NCBI GenBank assembly: GCA_002794465.1
Contig: MTSL01000010.1
Coordinates: 33,336-65,335, forward strand
DNA length: 32,000 bases
Direction: 5' to 3'
From: Paramicrosporidium saccamoebae KSL3
Taxonomy: Eukaryota > Fungi > Cryptomycota
In this document: positions 1 to 10,077 of the stretch, piece by piece
How positions within the stretch are numbered: the stretch's first letter is position 1
How the letters are laid out: the number at the start of each line of letters is the position of its first letter
Program-made: the position numbers and the translations under genes
Notes under the pieces: model-generated
The model's input: the letters and a program-made list of their open reading frames with translations, nothing else
Told to the model about the DNA's origin: nothing
The model's database searches: none

Positions 1-144
1 TCGGACCTGATGCAAAACATGTACCGTACTGCTGCAAACATTACTACCATTTGTGATGCAAATCCATCCACCTACTTTGTGCATGGAAAATATCTTTCCC
101 AATAATCAAATATACAGCCCAATTTGTGTATGAACAATTTATTC

Positions 145-3100
145 CTATTGCCAGTTGTAAGGCGGTCTTTGCGGCTGGTGCGGCTGCGATGGTGGAGGTG
201 GCTGCGGTTGTTGAGACTGCTGGGGTAATAAACTAGACAATCTCGGATCGACAGTCTTGAACACGGAATATTTGTCTTCTGGAGTGGGATATGTTGATTG
301 TAAAGGCATCATGGGCCTCTGTGCTGCAGATTGGAATGGCATGGTCATTCCAATCTGGTCAGTTGGAACTCCTGTTGGAAATTTGCTAGTTGGCATTCCT
401 CCTGTCAATACCCCGCCCGTTGGCATCCCTCCAGTAGATGGCATTCCCCCAGTAGAAAGTCCTCCCATCAGTATTCCGCCAGCTGGCATCCCCACAGTAG
501 ATGACATCCCCCCAGTAGAGAGTCCTCCTGTCAATGCTCCGCCAGTCGGAATTCCTTGGTTTGACCCATTAAACGTCATTCCTGGGTTAAATCCACCATT
601 GGGTAGACTCATTCCTCGATTGACAGACTGATGAGTTGGCATCCCCGTGGAGGTGCCCATCACGTTTGGCTGAAATTGCATTCCAAAATTCCCAGGTATC
701 AATTCTGGCTGTCCCGACATGGATCTCTTTAACATGTACTGTGTTGTGGTCTGCTGCTGGGCCATTTGTCCATTGGGCATGGTCACCTGTCCGGTAGTCG
801 AATATTCCCGAAAGATGGGCTGCGTGGGCATTTGGATCGATGACAGAGTGTTTTGAGGTTGGAGGACGGGAATGTCCCGCACGGCCCGGACTGGCTGCAT
901 CGGAGTGGGCAGTAGCACAGCTGCACTGGGAAGGGATGCCGCTCTTGTTGGCGACGTTTGGGTGGGACTCAGCGGTCTAGCCATCATCGGTGTCTTGGCA
1001 GTCAGACTGGCAAGCAGCTTATCCTGTCCAAGTTGTTCCAACCTCTTCAACTTTCGTCTTGTCACTCCTTGGAGTATAAGAAGAACATCGCCGTCTGAAA
1101 GTGTCAGCGTGGATTTTATCTTGTCCCTTGTCACATTGTCGAGCCAAATCTCATCCAGCATCTTGTTGACACATTGGGTGGATATGTTGATGGCAGTTTT
1201 AGATTCAACTCCGCAATCCACCAGAAATTGCAACCAGTCAAATCCCTTGACCTTGAAGCTCGTAGGGTCGACATTCGGTGACGGCTCGGCAGCGCCAGTA
1301 TACTTTATACCACATCTCCTGTAGACATATTCCACATCCCGTTCACTGAGCATGTCAATTGGGACCGAGATTTTATTGCCATTCAGCTTGTGAAGATGAA
1401 CAACTCGGTCGGTAAAGGATACGTATGCCGCCTCCGTTTGAAACTTTCCAGACTTGTCCTTCCACAGCCTAGTGTCAGAGGGCGACGGTTCTACAAGAAT
1501 AAGAAAATACCATTAGAGAATATACTGTGATCAGCAGCAGCCTTATCCGGACGGCTTGGCAATGCTTTGGGTTGGACAGCCCCCACCAAATTTGAAGGCG
1601 CTGTAGCTTTCTTTTCAGACTTTTTCAACGAAACGGACGACCACGGATTCGATTTAACAGGACCTGGAGCAGCCACTTCTGCAATAACTCGTAACGGGGG
1701 CTGCTCAGTTATTGAAGTCTTTCTAAGCGATTCGGTGGCCCTGATAATCTCCAAATTTGATGGCTGCTTCACTGCGGCACTTGTGTCAACCCTTTCCACA
1801 GATTTTCGCAACTCAATCTTGGGCTCTACCTTGACAGGATGTGGCGGTGGAGGTCTTACATAGTCACCCATTCGAGCTGGCGGTAACAAAGATCCAGCAG
1901 TGTTAACCCCTTGGGCTGACGGGGGCGGAGAAATTCCAGCATCAATCCTCCGGGCTGGGGTGGGTGGCGGAGACGGAACAAGCTCGGATTTAGCAAAGGG
2001 CTGTTTCGGCTGTTGTGTTAGTTGCGGTAGCTGTGGCGGCTGAGGGGGATGGGACGGTGATTCGCTTCGTCCGTCATCAGAGGGTCGAGTAGGGAGAGGT
2101 GGCGCTGGTGGGGGAGGCGGAGGAGGCGGGGGAGGTATAGTCGTGATCGGCGCATTAGAAGTTCTGTTCGGCAAAGGGGGTGGCGGAGGAGGGGCTGTGG
2201 TTGCAGCGATTGGGACATTTTCGGTTGGTGGTTGTTTGCCAGCTTCTAATGTTCTTCTAGAACTGTCCAGCTGCTTCACCATGTCTACCGACTGCTGGGA
2301 CTTTTGTAATAACTCTCCCAAGAATGGTAACTTTGCCATGCCATCCGTATTTGTATCGGCATCATCAGCGGGTATGCCATGTTCTTCAACTGCCGAGCCA
2401 GTGTAATTTTCTGCGTATTCAGAATGCTGCTGATAATCCGTCTCTTCTTCAGGCGCAACATATTGGTCTTGATCCTCCATCGGGTCATCATAGTGCTCTT
2501 CGTCATAATACGCATCCACAGGATCAGCATATTGTTCTTCTTGATGCTCTCCACCGTAATGCTCATATCCAACATGGCTCTCTTGATAATCTTGACAATC
2601 GTTATATTCTTCATGAGGTGCACTCTTGTCATGCTGTTCACTGGCACCATAATGATCATTTTCGTCATATTCGGCATCCTTGTAATCATGCATATTCTCA
2701 CCATTGTCGCCATATTCTGTACTCTTGTAATCATGCACATTCTCACCATTGTCGTCATATCCTGCACTCTTGTAATCGTGCTCAATTTCACCATTGTCGT
2801 CATATCCTGCAATCTTGTAATCGTGCCCATGTTCGCCATTGTTGTCATATTGCTCACATTCTTTCACTTCCGACGGCATCTCGACATTTTCAAACTCGCC
2901 ATCATCGATTAGGTACGATTTGGGAACCAGTCCTTGTTGATTTCCATTGGATACTAGCCACCAATCTTCTTCACTGTCATCTAGAATAAATACTTGTTGG
3001 CCTTCTGTCACAGTCAGCTCATCTTCTTGCTGGGCTTTATAATCATACAATACAGTAGTTGATTGTCTTTCCGAGGGCAGAGGCTCTTTTGGGGGCGCTT

Positions 3101-3944
3101 GCACAACAACAGGATCTTCTATAGAGGGAACAGAATGACTGGTTCTAACTAATTTTTCAAATTCTTTTCCATCATTCTTTCCCAGAACAATCTTTCGGTT
3201 CTCCCCTTGAATGGTGATCAGCTCTCCAGTTTTTCTATCAAACGACGTAATTTCCGTTATTCCACAACTACATTCTACAATCTATAGGAAGTCAGTCACC
3301 ACTCTGCTTAAACCTTTTCCTTTCCATGTACAAAGACTACCATTCCATTTTCAAGGACCAGTAGCTTTCCCTTTAGCTTCTTCTCTGCATGCAACTCGGC
3401 CGACCATTTTTTCTTTGTTTGTATATTAGGAAAGAGTGTCTTTAATCCCACGCTCACCTGCACCGGTGCCGGGTTCGGGATTTCAAAAATATTTCCACCA
3501 CTCCCACTCCCACTCTCACCCCCATCATCCCTGTTCTCATTTTCAGCATCATCAGTTTCCTGGACATAGTTCGAGGGAACCAATCCGTACTGTCCCGCAG
3601 AATTGCGGACCAGCCACCAATCTTCATCCAGACGGTCCAGCAGGGTGAGAGACTCGCCCTCGGCAAATGACACTTCATTATCCTCTTGAGCGGCGTATTC
3701 ATATATCGCCCAAACCAGACCCAGGCTCTCCAACTACAGATGAGCAAAATAAACAGAGTACGGGCTCGACATAATTCGCAGGTATCAGTCCGAGACGGTC
3801 GGCAGCGCGGAGCGGATGGGCCAGATGCCACGACTCGGGTCCACCCGGTAGTAGACACAGCAGTTCATCTTCAGAAAAGGATAGCTCCTCCGAGTCGGCC
3901 GCCTCATAGCTGTACAGAGCCTTCACCACATTGTCATATGGCAT
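145..3944 (-). CDS. SLA1: Sla1 endocytic adaptor (3x SH3, PH-like region, SHD1, SHD2, C-terminal TGG repeats); 4 exons: 3944-3762, 3733-3314, 3281-1526, 1490-145; about 1234 aa
   Basis: Three SH3 domains (ALYSYEA...GLIPANYV; AIYEYAAQEDNEVSF...GLVPSNYV; VLYDYKAQQEDEL...GLVPKSYL). Removing a 35-nt intron at 1491-1525 reveals SHD1 (KPSPSDTRLWKDKSGKFQTEAAYVSFTDRVVHLHKLNGNKISVP). SHD2-like FDWLQFLVDCGV follows, then Gly/Thr/Met repeats. Introns 3734-3761 (28 nt), 3282-3313 (32 nt) and 1491-1525 (35 nt) join all pieces in frame (3705 nt). Confidence 0.9.
2656..2851 (-). repeat. 45-nt coding tandem repeat (about 4.5 copies of a 15-aa unit YDDNGExxHDYKxxx) inside SLA1
   Basis: CCATTGTCGYCATAT-like core recurs at 2701, 2746, 2791 and 2836 (period 45). 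Confidence 0.9.
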
Positions 3945-4124
3945 TGCTCGCTCTCCGGCCCGCTGCACTCTGATTGGCCCTCATGCAAGACTGCATTTTG
4001 TATTGACATCCAAGCCCAAGAATAGCATGACGGCAGTAAGTGTACATTAACGGACATTTATCTAATTAATTCATGAGCCTGAGGCCATGGGCCGGGTGAG
4101 TGCGATGCAAATTAAAGAATAAAT

Positions 4125-4935
4125 ATGGAATCACCGCATAGGAACCCACGCAAGAACGTGCCATTCTCTCCAGAAGACACGCTGCGTATCCAGAAACAAC
4201 TGGACGTGCCGGTCGATGTGGAGCACATTGCATTTCGACCATCAGCACAGGGTACGGTTGCGTATGTGGAGGGTTGGCGGGCACTGCATCTGGCCAACGA
4301 GGTTTTTGGCTTTTCAGGCTGGTCCTCGGAGATATTGTCGCTGGCCACCGACTTTGTAGATACGGAAGGCGGACGCGTGACACTTGGAGTTTCTTGTATG
4401 GTACGCGTTTCGCTCCGGGACGGCACATTCCACGACGTACAACTTATCGCGCATTTAACGTCTAGGATATTGGCTATGGATCGTCAGAGAATCAACGGAG
4501 CAAGGCGGCAGCATATGAAAAGGCGCGCAAAGAAGCAGTGACGGATGCTATGAAACGGGCCCTGCGCATGTTTGGAAATCGACTGGGCAATTGCGCCTAC
4601 GACAAGACGTTTCTGCAACAGGTGCGGTCAAAGAGCCGTCCAAATTCGACCAGCAAACCCGTTAATTTGGCCACAACGATACCGCCAGTAAGCTTTGTGC
4701 CGAAATGGCAACATCCAAAGTCGGCACCAGCTCCCTCCTCCGAGATGGACAATGAACTGGTGGTTACAGAGGAGCGTATCTTTTGATGGCTGTTTACGGT
4801 GTAGAAACGCTAGAATTTGGCTCATTCTTCACCGATGCCTCCTTTGACATTAATGAGCAAAACTATGATCACAACAAGTCGGCTATGCGGCCCAAATTGC
4901 AACACAGTACCCACTCCACACAATCTAATAATTAG
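4125..4935 (+). CDS. RAD52: Rad52/Rad22-family annealing/recombination protein, short form (about 250 aa); exons 4125-4436, 4466-4775, 4805-4935
   Basis: Motifs [32 protein letters not shown] (after removing the 29-nt intron 4437-4465) and [30 protein letters not shown] second predicted 29-nt GTAT...GTGTAG intron (4776-4804) extends the frame to a TAG at 4933-4935. Without it the CDS ends at 4786. Confidence 0.9.
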
Positions 4936-5078
4936 AATCACCCATGACGGAACGGGCGGAAAACCGATCAGTGCAAATGCCCACCACAGCATATCGAAAT
5001 CCAAACTAATTAAATGTAAAATTTATGTGCGGGTGATTCGTGTAATACAAGCAATTGGACAGGTCGAAGGAAAATGGG

Positions 5079-7169
5079 TCAGGCCCCAAGGACGACGGTG
5101 GGGAGGTTTAATTGCTGTCGATGCTTAGCTATCCATCGTCCAACCGGCGAATAATGGTTGTTGACAAACAATTGCACATTGTTACATAGCATTCGTTCCA
5201 GCATAGAGGCTACTCCATGCACCAGTCCATTGGGTACTAATCCGGAAATGCCCAGCGCCACCTCCAGATCGTGAAGTGTTACTACTCCGTCGGGAGACTC
5301 TTCACTCTGTGCCTCCATAATCATGTAAATGATGTCAGAGCCAATCCCAGCCTTGCGAGCAGCGTCATGGGTGTAATCCAGCAGTCGACCTGGTCCCGCA
5401 TGACAGGACCGGTAATAGAGCAATTTTTGGGAGGGATCGTCCCGAATGTCAGCGCCACAATTATCCGCTCCCCGAGAGAAGATGGTGCACACTATTGGGG
5501 CAGACAGATCGGTCTTGAATTGGTCGAGGAACCTGATAAAGGGCGCAGTGGCAGTCCAAGTCGTCTGTAGGGCTTCCAAATCGGCAGGGACGGAAAAAGT
5601 GTCTACGATAAAGTTCATGGAACGGAACGCAAGCACCACATCCCGACAAGCACCAAAATTGGCTACGACCTCTGAATCTGTGGCAGTGATTACGGGCACC
5701 ACAACTGTTTGGGCTCGAACGCCGTGTTCTGCAAAGAGCGGAGCGGGTAGCGCCACCAGTCCCCGATAAGGCAGCAATTTGATGGTCATAAGAGCCTGTC
5801 GCCGCACCACAAAGTGCTCGGAAGGAAAAGCCGAGAGGGGCGCCATTGAGGCAGTGGTGTTGAACACGAACAGATCAGAATACTCTATTCGCTGTCCCGG
5901 ATTTCGGGGGTCCAGGAGAGGAGGTACAATTAGAGTGCGGTTTAGCATGGGCGCAATGAGCAAGGCCTTTTGTAAAGTTTCCAATTGCATAAGCGGAGTG
6001 CCGTGAGGCTCATACAACAAATAACGTCGACGCACTGACTCATTATCTATCGGATCGCTGTCCAAATCAAGAATACATTTCGGGGCCGGTTCAGGCTCCG
6101 CAAAGATCCCGGGATAATCATTCCGTTGACGTTCCATCCGACGAGCGGCCAGAACACGCACCGAATCAACCTGTTGTTCGAGACAATCAAAAACTGGAAT
6201 GTCTTTGAGAGGGCTTATTGCGGATCCTGGACTCAGTAGCGTCTTGCCATCCAGGATCAGGTATTCCCACAAGTACTGTCGCCAAGAAAACGTGTCCATC
6301 AGTGGCGTGGCATACAGGGGAGGCGTTTCATTATGGATCCGCCAATCAATGTAACGTTGGAGGTCTGACCACATCCAAGGGAAGAAGACTATGATTGTCG
6401 CTGGACGCTGCTTTAGGGCAGTTGCACCGCCATCTAATGCCAAGCCCAGGATGCTCCGTCCGGTCCGGGTGATTATTCGCTCTTTTCCATCCACAAAGTG
6501 TCGAGTCAGGGCGGAGAGGGCTTCTTTTAACATGTCGTCTCGAATGTCCTCGACCATGTCAATAAAAACGGCAAATTCGGTAGACTCGATAGACTCGGGT
6601 CGCCATGCGCGCAAAGTCTGTTCCTTGAAAGAGCCTTTAATGGTGTGTGTATACACCTTGCCTGCGTGCCAACTTAATTGATCTGCAAATGCAGCCACGT
6701 CCTCCATCTCATCCGGTACCACAAACTGTAAATGAACTGTGCATCCCATCATTTCCACGCGACGTAATCGATCCATCAGTTCATCCAGCTCGGGTCGTGA
6801 AAAAGCGAGGATAAGGCGGAAATGAAGGTGCTTGCAAGATGACAATGTCATTCGCAGTGGTCGTTCTGTCCCATTGCTGACACGGGGATATGTTTGCTGA
6901 AACAATAGTCCAAATTCATTTCTTCCAAAGTCAATGTAGTCCCACACGACAAACAGTGCGCCTGCCAAGAGAATCAGCGTTCCCAGCACCCGCACTCCCC
7001 CACTCCATCGTCCCATCAACACCCTCGAAAGCCAACAATCGTTTTCACGTCCCGATTTGGCTAAACTCTCTCCCAAATCGGCTAGCTGATCATTGCCTCT
7101 GTCCGCACGTATCTCTTGCTCGGGTCCACTCTTATTCTCCCCATCTTGGTCCGCTCCTATTCTCTCCAT
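5079..7169 (-). CDS. Type II membrane two-domain glycosyltransferase-like protein, paralog C (degenerate GT-A domain + O-fucosyltransferase-like GT-B domain); true start may be the ATG at 7016 (MGRWSGG...)
   Basis: TM segment VLGTLILLAGALFVVW. Colinear with paralogs A/B: FRLILAFSRPEL vs FRVIVFAWKRRASL; YLLYEPH...LQKALLIAPMLNRTLIVPPL; FSRGAD; MLCNNVQLFVNNHYSPVGRWI. The EDD and QLPCSWG motifs are absent. Confidence 0.8.
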   Translation of the reverse strand: MERIGADQDGENKSGPEQEIRADRGNDQLADLGESLAKSGRENDCWLSRVLMGRWSGGVRVLGTLILLAGALFVVWDYIDFGRNEFGLLFQQTYPRVSNGTERPLRMTLSSCKHLHFRLILAFSRPELDELMDRLRRVEMMGCTVHLQFVVPDEMEDVAAFADQLSWHAGKVYTHTIKGSFKEQTLRAWRPESIESTEFAVFIDMVEDIRDDMLKEALSALTRHFVDGKERIITRTGRSILGLALDGGATALKQRPATIIVFFPWMWSDLQRYIDWRIHNETPPLYATPLMDTFSWRQYLWEYLILDGKTLLSPGSAISPLKDIPVFDCLEQQVDSVRVLAARRMERQRNDYPGIFAEPEPAPKCILDLDSDPIDNESVRRRYLLYEPHGTPLMQLETLQKALLIAPMLNRTLIVPPLLDPRNPGQRIEYSDLFVFNTTASMAPLSAFPSEHFVVRRQALMTIKLLPYRGLVALPAPLFAEHGVRAQTVVVPVITATDSEVVANFGACRDVVLAFRSMNFIVDTFSVPADLEALQTTWTATAPFIRFLDQFKTDLSAPIVCTIFSRGADNCGADIRDDPSQKLLYYRSCHAGPGRLLDYTHDAARKAGIGSDIIYMIMEAQSEESPDGVVTLHDLEVALGISGLVPNGLVHGVASMLERMLCNNVQLFVNNHYSPVGRWIAKHRQQLNLPTVVLGA

Positions 7170-7272
7170 CTTGGTCCGCTCTTATCCTCTCCATCTTGGT
7201 CCGCTCTTACTCTTTCCATCTTGTTCCGCTCTCATTCTCTCAATCTGAATCCATTCTTATCCTCTCAATCTG
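7122..7272. repeat. 25-nt tandem minisatellite (about 6 decaying copies of CCATCTTGGTCCGCTCTTATCCTCT)
   Basis: Units start at 7141, 7166, 7191, 7216, 7241 and 7266, with a partial unit before 7141. Confidence 0.9.
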
Positions 7273-7334
7273 GGGTTGCTAACTCGGCTCTCTTAATCCC
7301 AACCCTCGCAGTTCCACATTGTCTAAGACACCAT

Positions 7335-9746
7335 TTATTTCTGTCCAAGTAACTTTGCTGGCAGGGCAGGATCCCTACTCTGCATTATCCTATTACTGAC
7401 AGTCGAATATGTGTTGCCGAGGAAAAATTGCGCCCGTCGACAAACCTCCATGCCGATCCACGGTGCCAAGGCTGTTCGCACTGATGGCGGCATTTGGGCC
7501 AGTTCCGTGGCTGAATCGATCAAAAGGCTCTTGTCAGTGTATACTGTGAGCAATCGACCATTCTGTTTCGCTGTCAGCAATTCGGGCAAGGGTATCTCGT
7601 TTAACACATACACTGACGCCAATTCAATTTTCAATTCAGAAGCTGCACTAACCGCATATTCCAGGGTCCGCTCTGGCGTGGCAGCACAACTTCGGAAGGA
7701 TGTCAACTTTTGTTCCTCCGTCGGCTCCTTGGTTCTCTTGACGTCGCGTCCACAATCATCAGCCACATCGCCTCGAGAGACGACAACACATGCCAAAGGT
7801 GCTGCAATGTCTGCAAAGATGCGATCAATGACCTTGGCAATTGTCTCGGTGGGCCGGATTCCCGTGTTGATCCAATGGATAAAGGGGGTTTGGGTGGCCT
7901 CGCTGGAAAAGTTAGTAAAGGCGCCAGTTAAATGACGAAATGCCAGCACACGGTCATTGCATCCCCCAAACTGTCTAATAATTGCCGGCTCCTCGGTGGG
8001 ATACACATGGAGTACTGCCTGGTTCGCAATAACCAATCCAGCCTCCGTCAGAAGATTGTCGGTAAATCTCATCGTATCATTCTTTCGCAACGACCACGGC
8101 ACAAAATGAACCACCCGTTCAATCCAATTGTAAAAGGTTTGCGTGAAACGCTCAAACGAAATTGTCTCCACCCCTTGTGGTGGATCAAAGACAATGAGCT
8201 TTTCCATGGGAATTGGAACACCTTCAATGTAAAAGGGCGGTACCACCAGCTTTCGTTCTAGCAATCGTGCCCATACCACCGCATTCTGCAACGCATTAAT
8301 TTGTTCCACCAAACCCATCTGGGGCTCATACAAAAGGTATTTGACTTCGGAAGATCCATTTGGCACTGGGAAGGTGACACTGTCCAGGACACAGGTGGGG
8401 TTACGTTGTGGAAAGGACCATCCGCTGGCCTCCATCATTTCCACAGTATACAATCCCAGCTGCGTCAGGGCGTGCATATCTGTCACCCTTTCATGGTGAT
8501 AAGAAACAATGGGCAACTCTCGTAGCGGTTTCATCTCGGCTACTAGAGACTCGAACTGCTCCGGATCTGTCAATAATGGCACTGTAAAGTAATTGAGCTG
8601 ATTAGTGCCGATATCGTCAACCAAGGGCTCCTGTGGTTGGCCTTTAGTATGTTCGCCCTGTTCGCGATGATGCGTGCTGAAGCTGGCCTGTCGCTCCAAG
8701 GCCGGATATAACATCACCTGGCCTCGCATGTACATGAACTCGATTAGAAACTTTTTCCACGAACGTCGCCAAAACTTTGTCGCCGAATCCCGGATCGATA
8801 CATTCAATACCCAATCATCTGCAGTCCGACGCCACGCGTAAAACTCTAAAAACTCGCGCCATCGCCATGGAACATAGAGAGCGCCCCAGCTACAGGGTAA
8901 TTGGAAGAGAAACTGCGTGTCTGCGCCAATCGTCTGTTGGGGTATCCATTCTTCGTTCGGGATGGCAATTTCATTGTAACGCGGCGTATTGAGGGAAATG
9001 CCTATAAACCGTTCGTTCCATATGGATGGAGCAGCCCGTACTCCCCCCGGAAGTAAATACTTGGCCAACGCCACAATGGTATAATCAAAGAAAAAGGGTG
9101 ACACCTCAATGTCATCCTCAAAGAAAAAGGCAAATTCAGAATCCGACACTGGTCGCCAGCTCTCCATGATTGTCTACATTCATCAGAACCGTCATCAAAA
9201 TACCCTCTCCAAACCCACTCGTTCGGCATGCCGATTTATGCGGGTTCGTCCATGCTCCCAGCGGTAGGAATCCACAAAATCAATCACCTTTTCATGCGCC
9301 TCCCCGTCCATATGGAAATCCAAATGCACCGGAAATCCCCTATAGTCCACCTCCAAAGACTGCAACAGACGACGCAACGAGGCACGACGTTTCCAGGCGA
9401 ACACTATTACTCGGAACGTGCAGTTTCCACGCAGCTGCTCGGCCGCATGGATTGCCCGCTGCGTCAGTTGACTGCGGTCAGCGCGTTTCGGAGCGGACAA
9501 TGGCCTCGGAAGCGCCCGTAACTGCTCTCGCCACGACGTTTCAGTTGACACATTAGGTGCTGTGAATAGGTACAGTCCAGTGCAGACCACCACAACACCC
9601 ACTGCAATGACCAGTAGTCGGCCCACAAGAGTAAGACTATTGCCGATCGTCCTGCTATGTGACAATGTCAGCATAATCCGATTCAACACTGACGTTTCAG
9701 CCGTTTCTATTCTGGGCCACCAATCTATCCGTTTTGGGTATTGCAT
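7335..9746 (-). CDS. Type II membrane bifunctional glycosyltransferase, paralog B (GT-A domain with EDD motif + O-fucosyltransferase-like GT-B domain); exons 9746-9204, 9173-7335; about 793 aa
   Basis: TM LLVIAVGVVVVCTGLYLF. GT-A motifs FRVIVFAWKRRASLRRLL, EFAFFFEDDIEVSP, FQLPCSWG and SWKKFLIEFMYMRG. Fucosyltransferase-like motifs NALQNAVVWARLLERKLVVPP, VVVSRGD, VYVLNE and EVCRRAQFFLGNTYSTVSNRI. A 30-nt intron at 9174-9203 gives GLER|TIMESW. Confidence 0.85.
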
Positions 9747-9970
9747 AATTGTATTCTTTAGTCTAAGGACCAGTGAGCATAATGAGAACCCGAAACAGCG
9801 TGATAACGGGACGGTATAAAATAGCGCTGTAGCTGCAAGGCCACTTTCATGTTGTGATCAAGCCTGTAATCGAACTAACGCTGTGGACAAATTGTCGTTC
9901 ACACTACTCCACACGACTCTACATTACTTTACATCCAACTCGCGTTCAATCCGCATTTAATTCACCTTCA

Positions 9971-10073
9971 ATTCACACTAGACCCACACCCACATTCAAC
10001 TCGCCTTTGATTCACATTGGACCCGCACCCACATTAGACCTACACCCACATTAGACCTATACCCACATTCAAC
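9971..10073. repeat. Degenerate 17-nt minisatellite (ACCCACATTAGACCTAY) between glycosyltransferase paralogs A and B
   Basis: ACCCACATT occurs at 9988, 10027, 10044 and 10061, with an additional 39-nt duplication (9971 vs 10010). Confidence 0.8.
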
Positions 10074-10077
10074 TGGT

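Noticed and set aside
1491-1510. Alternative 20-nt intron (GTATTT donor) before SHD1
   Set aside because: It is also in frame, but lies below the 27-36-nt range of all other introns and lacks the CTAAT branch site contained in the 35-nt version.
257-3000. Several plus-strand and alternative-frame ORFs over SLA1 (e.g. 2324-2989, 2379-2912, 2285-2857)
   Set aside because: Antisense or frame-shifted read-through of the repetitive SLA1 coding sequence.
4817-5128. 103-aa plus-strand ORF after RAD52
   Set aside because: It starts at TTG, overlaps the predicted RAD52 exon 3 in another frame and the end of paralog C, and has no recognisable homology.
7122-7272. 25-nt repeat as a possible CRISPR array or coding repeat of paralog C
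   Set aside because: The units are contiguous with no spacers, and the period is not a multiple of 3, so it is unlikely to be a coding repeat. It only casts doubt on the 7169 start.
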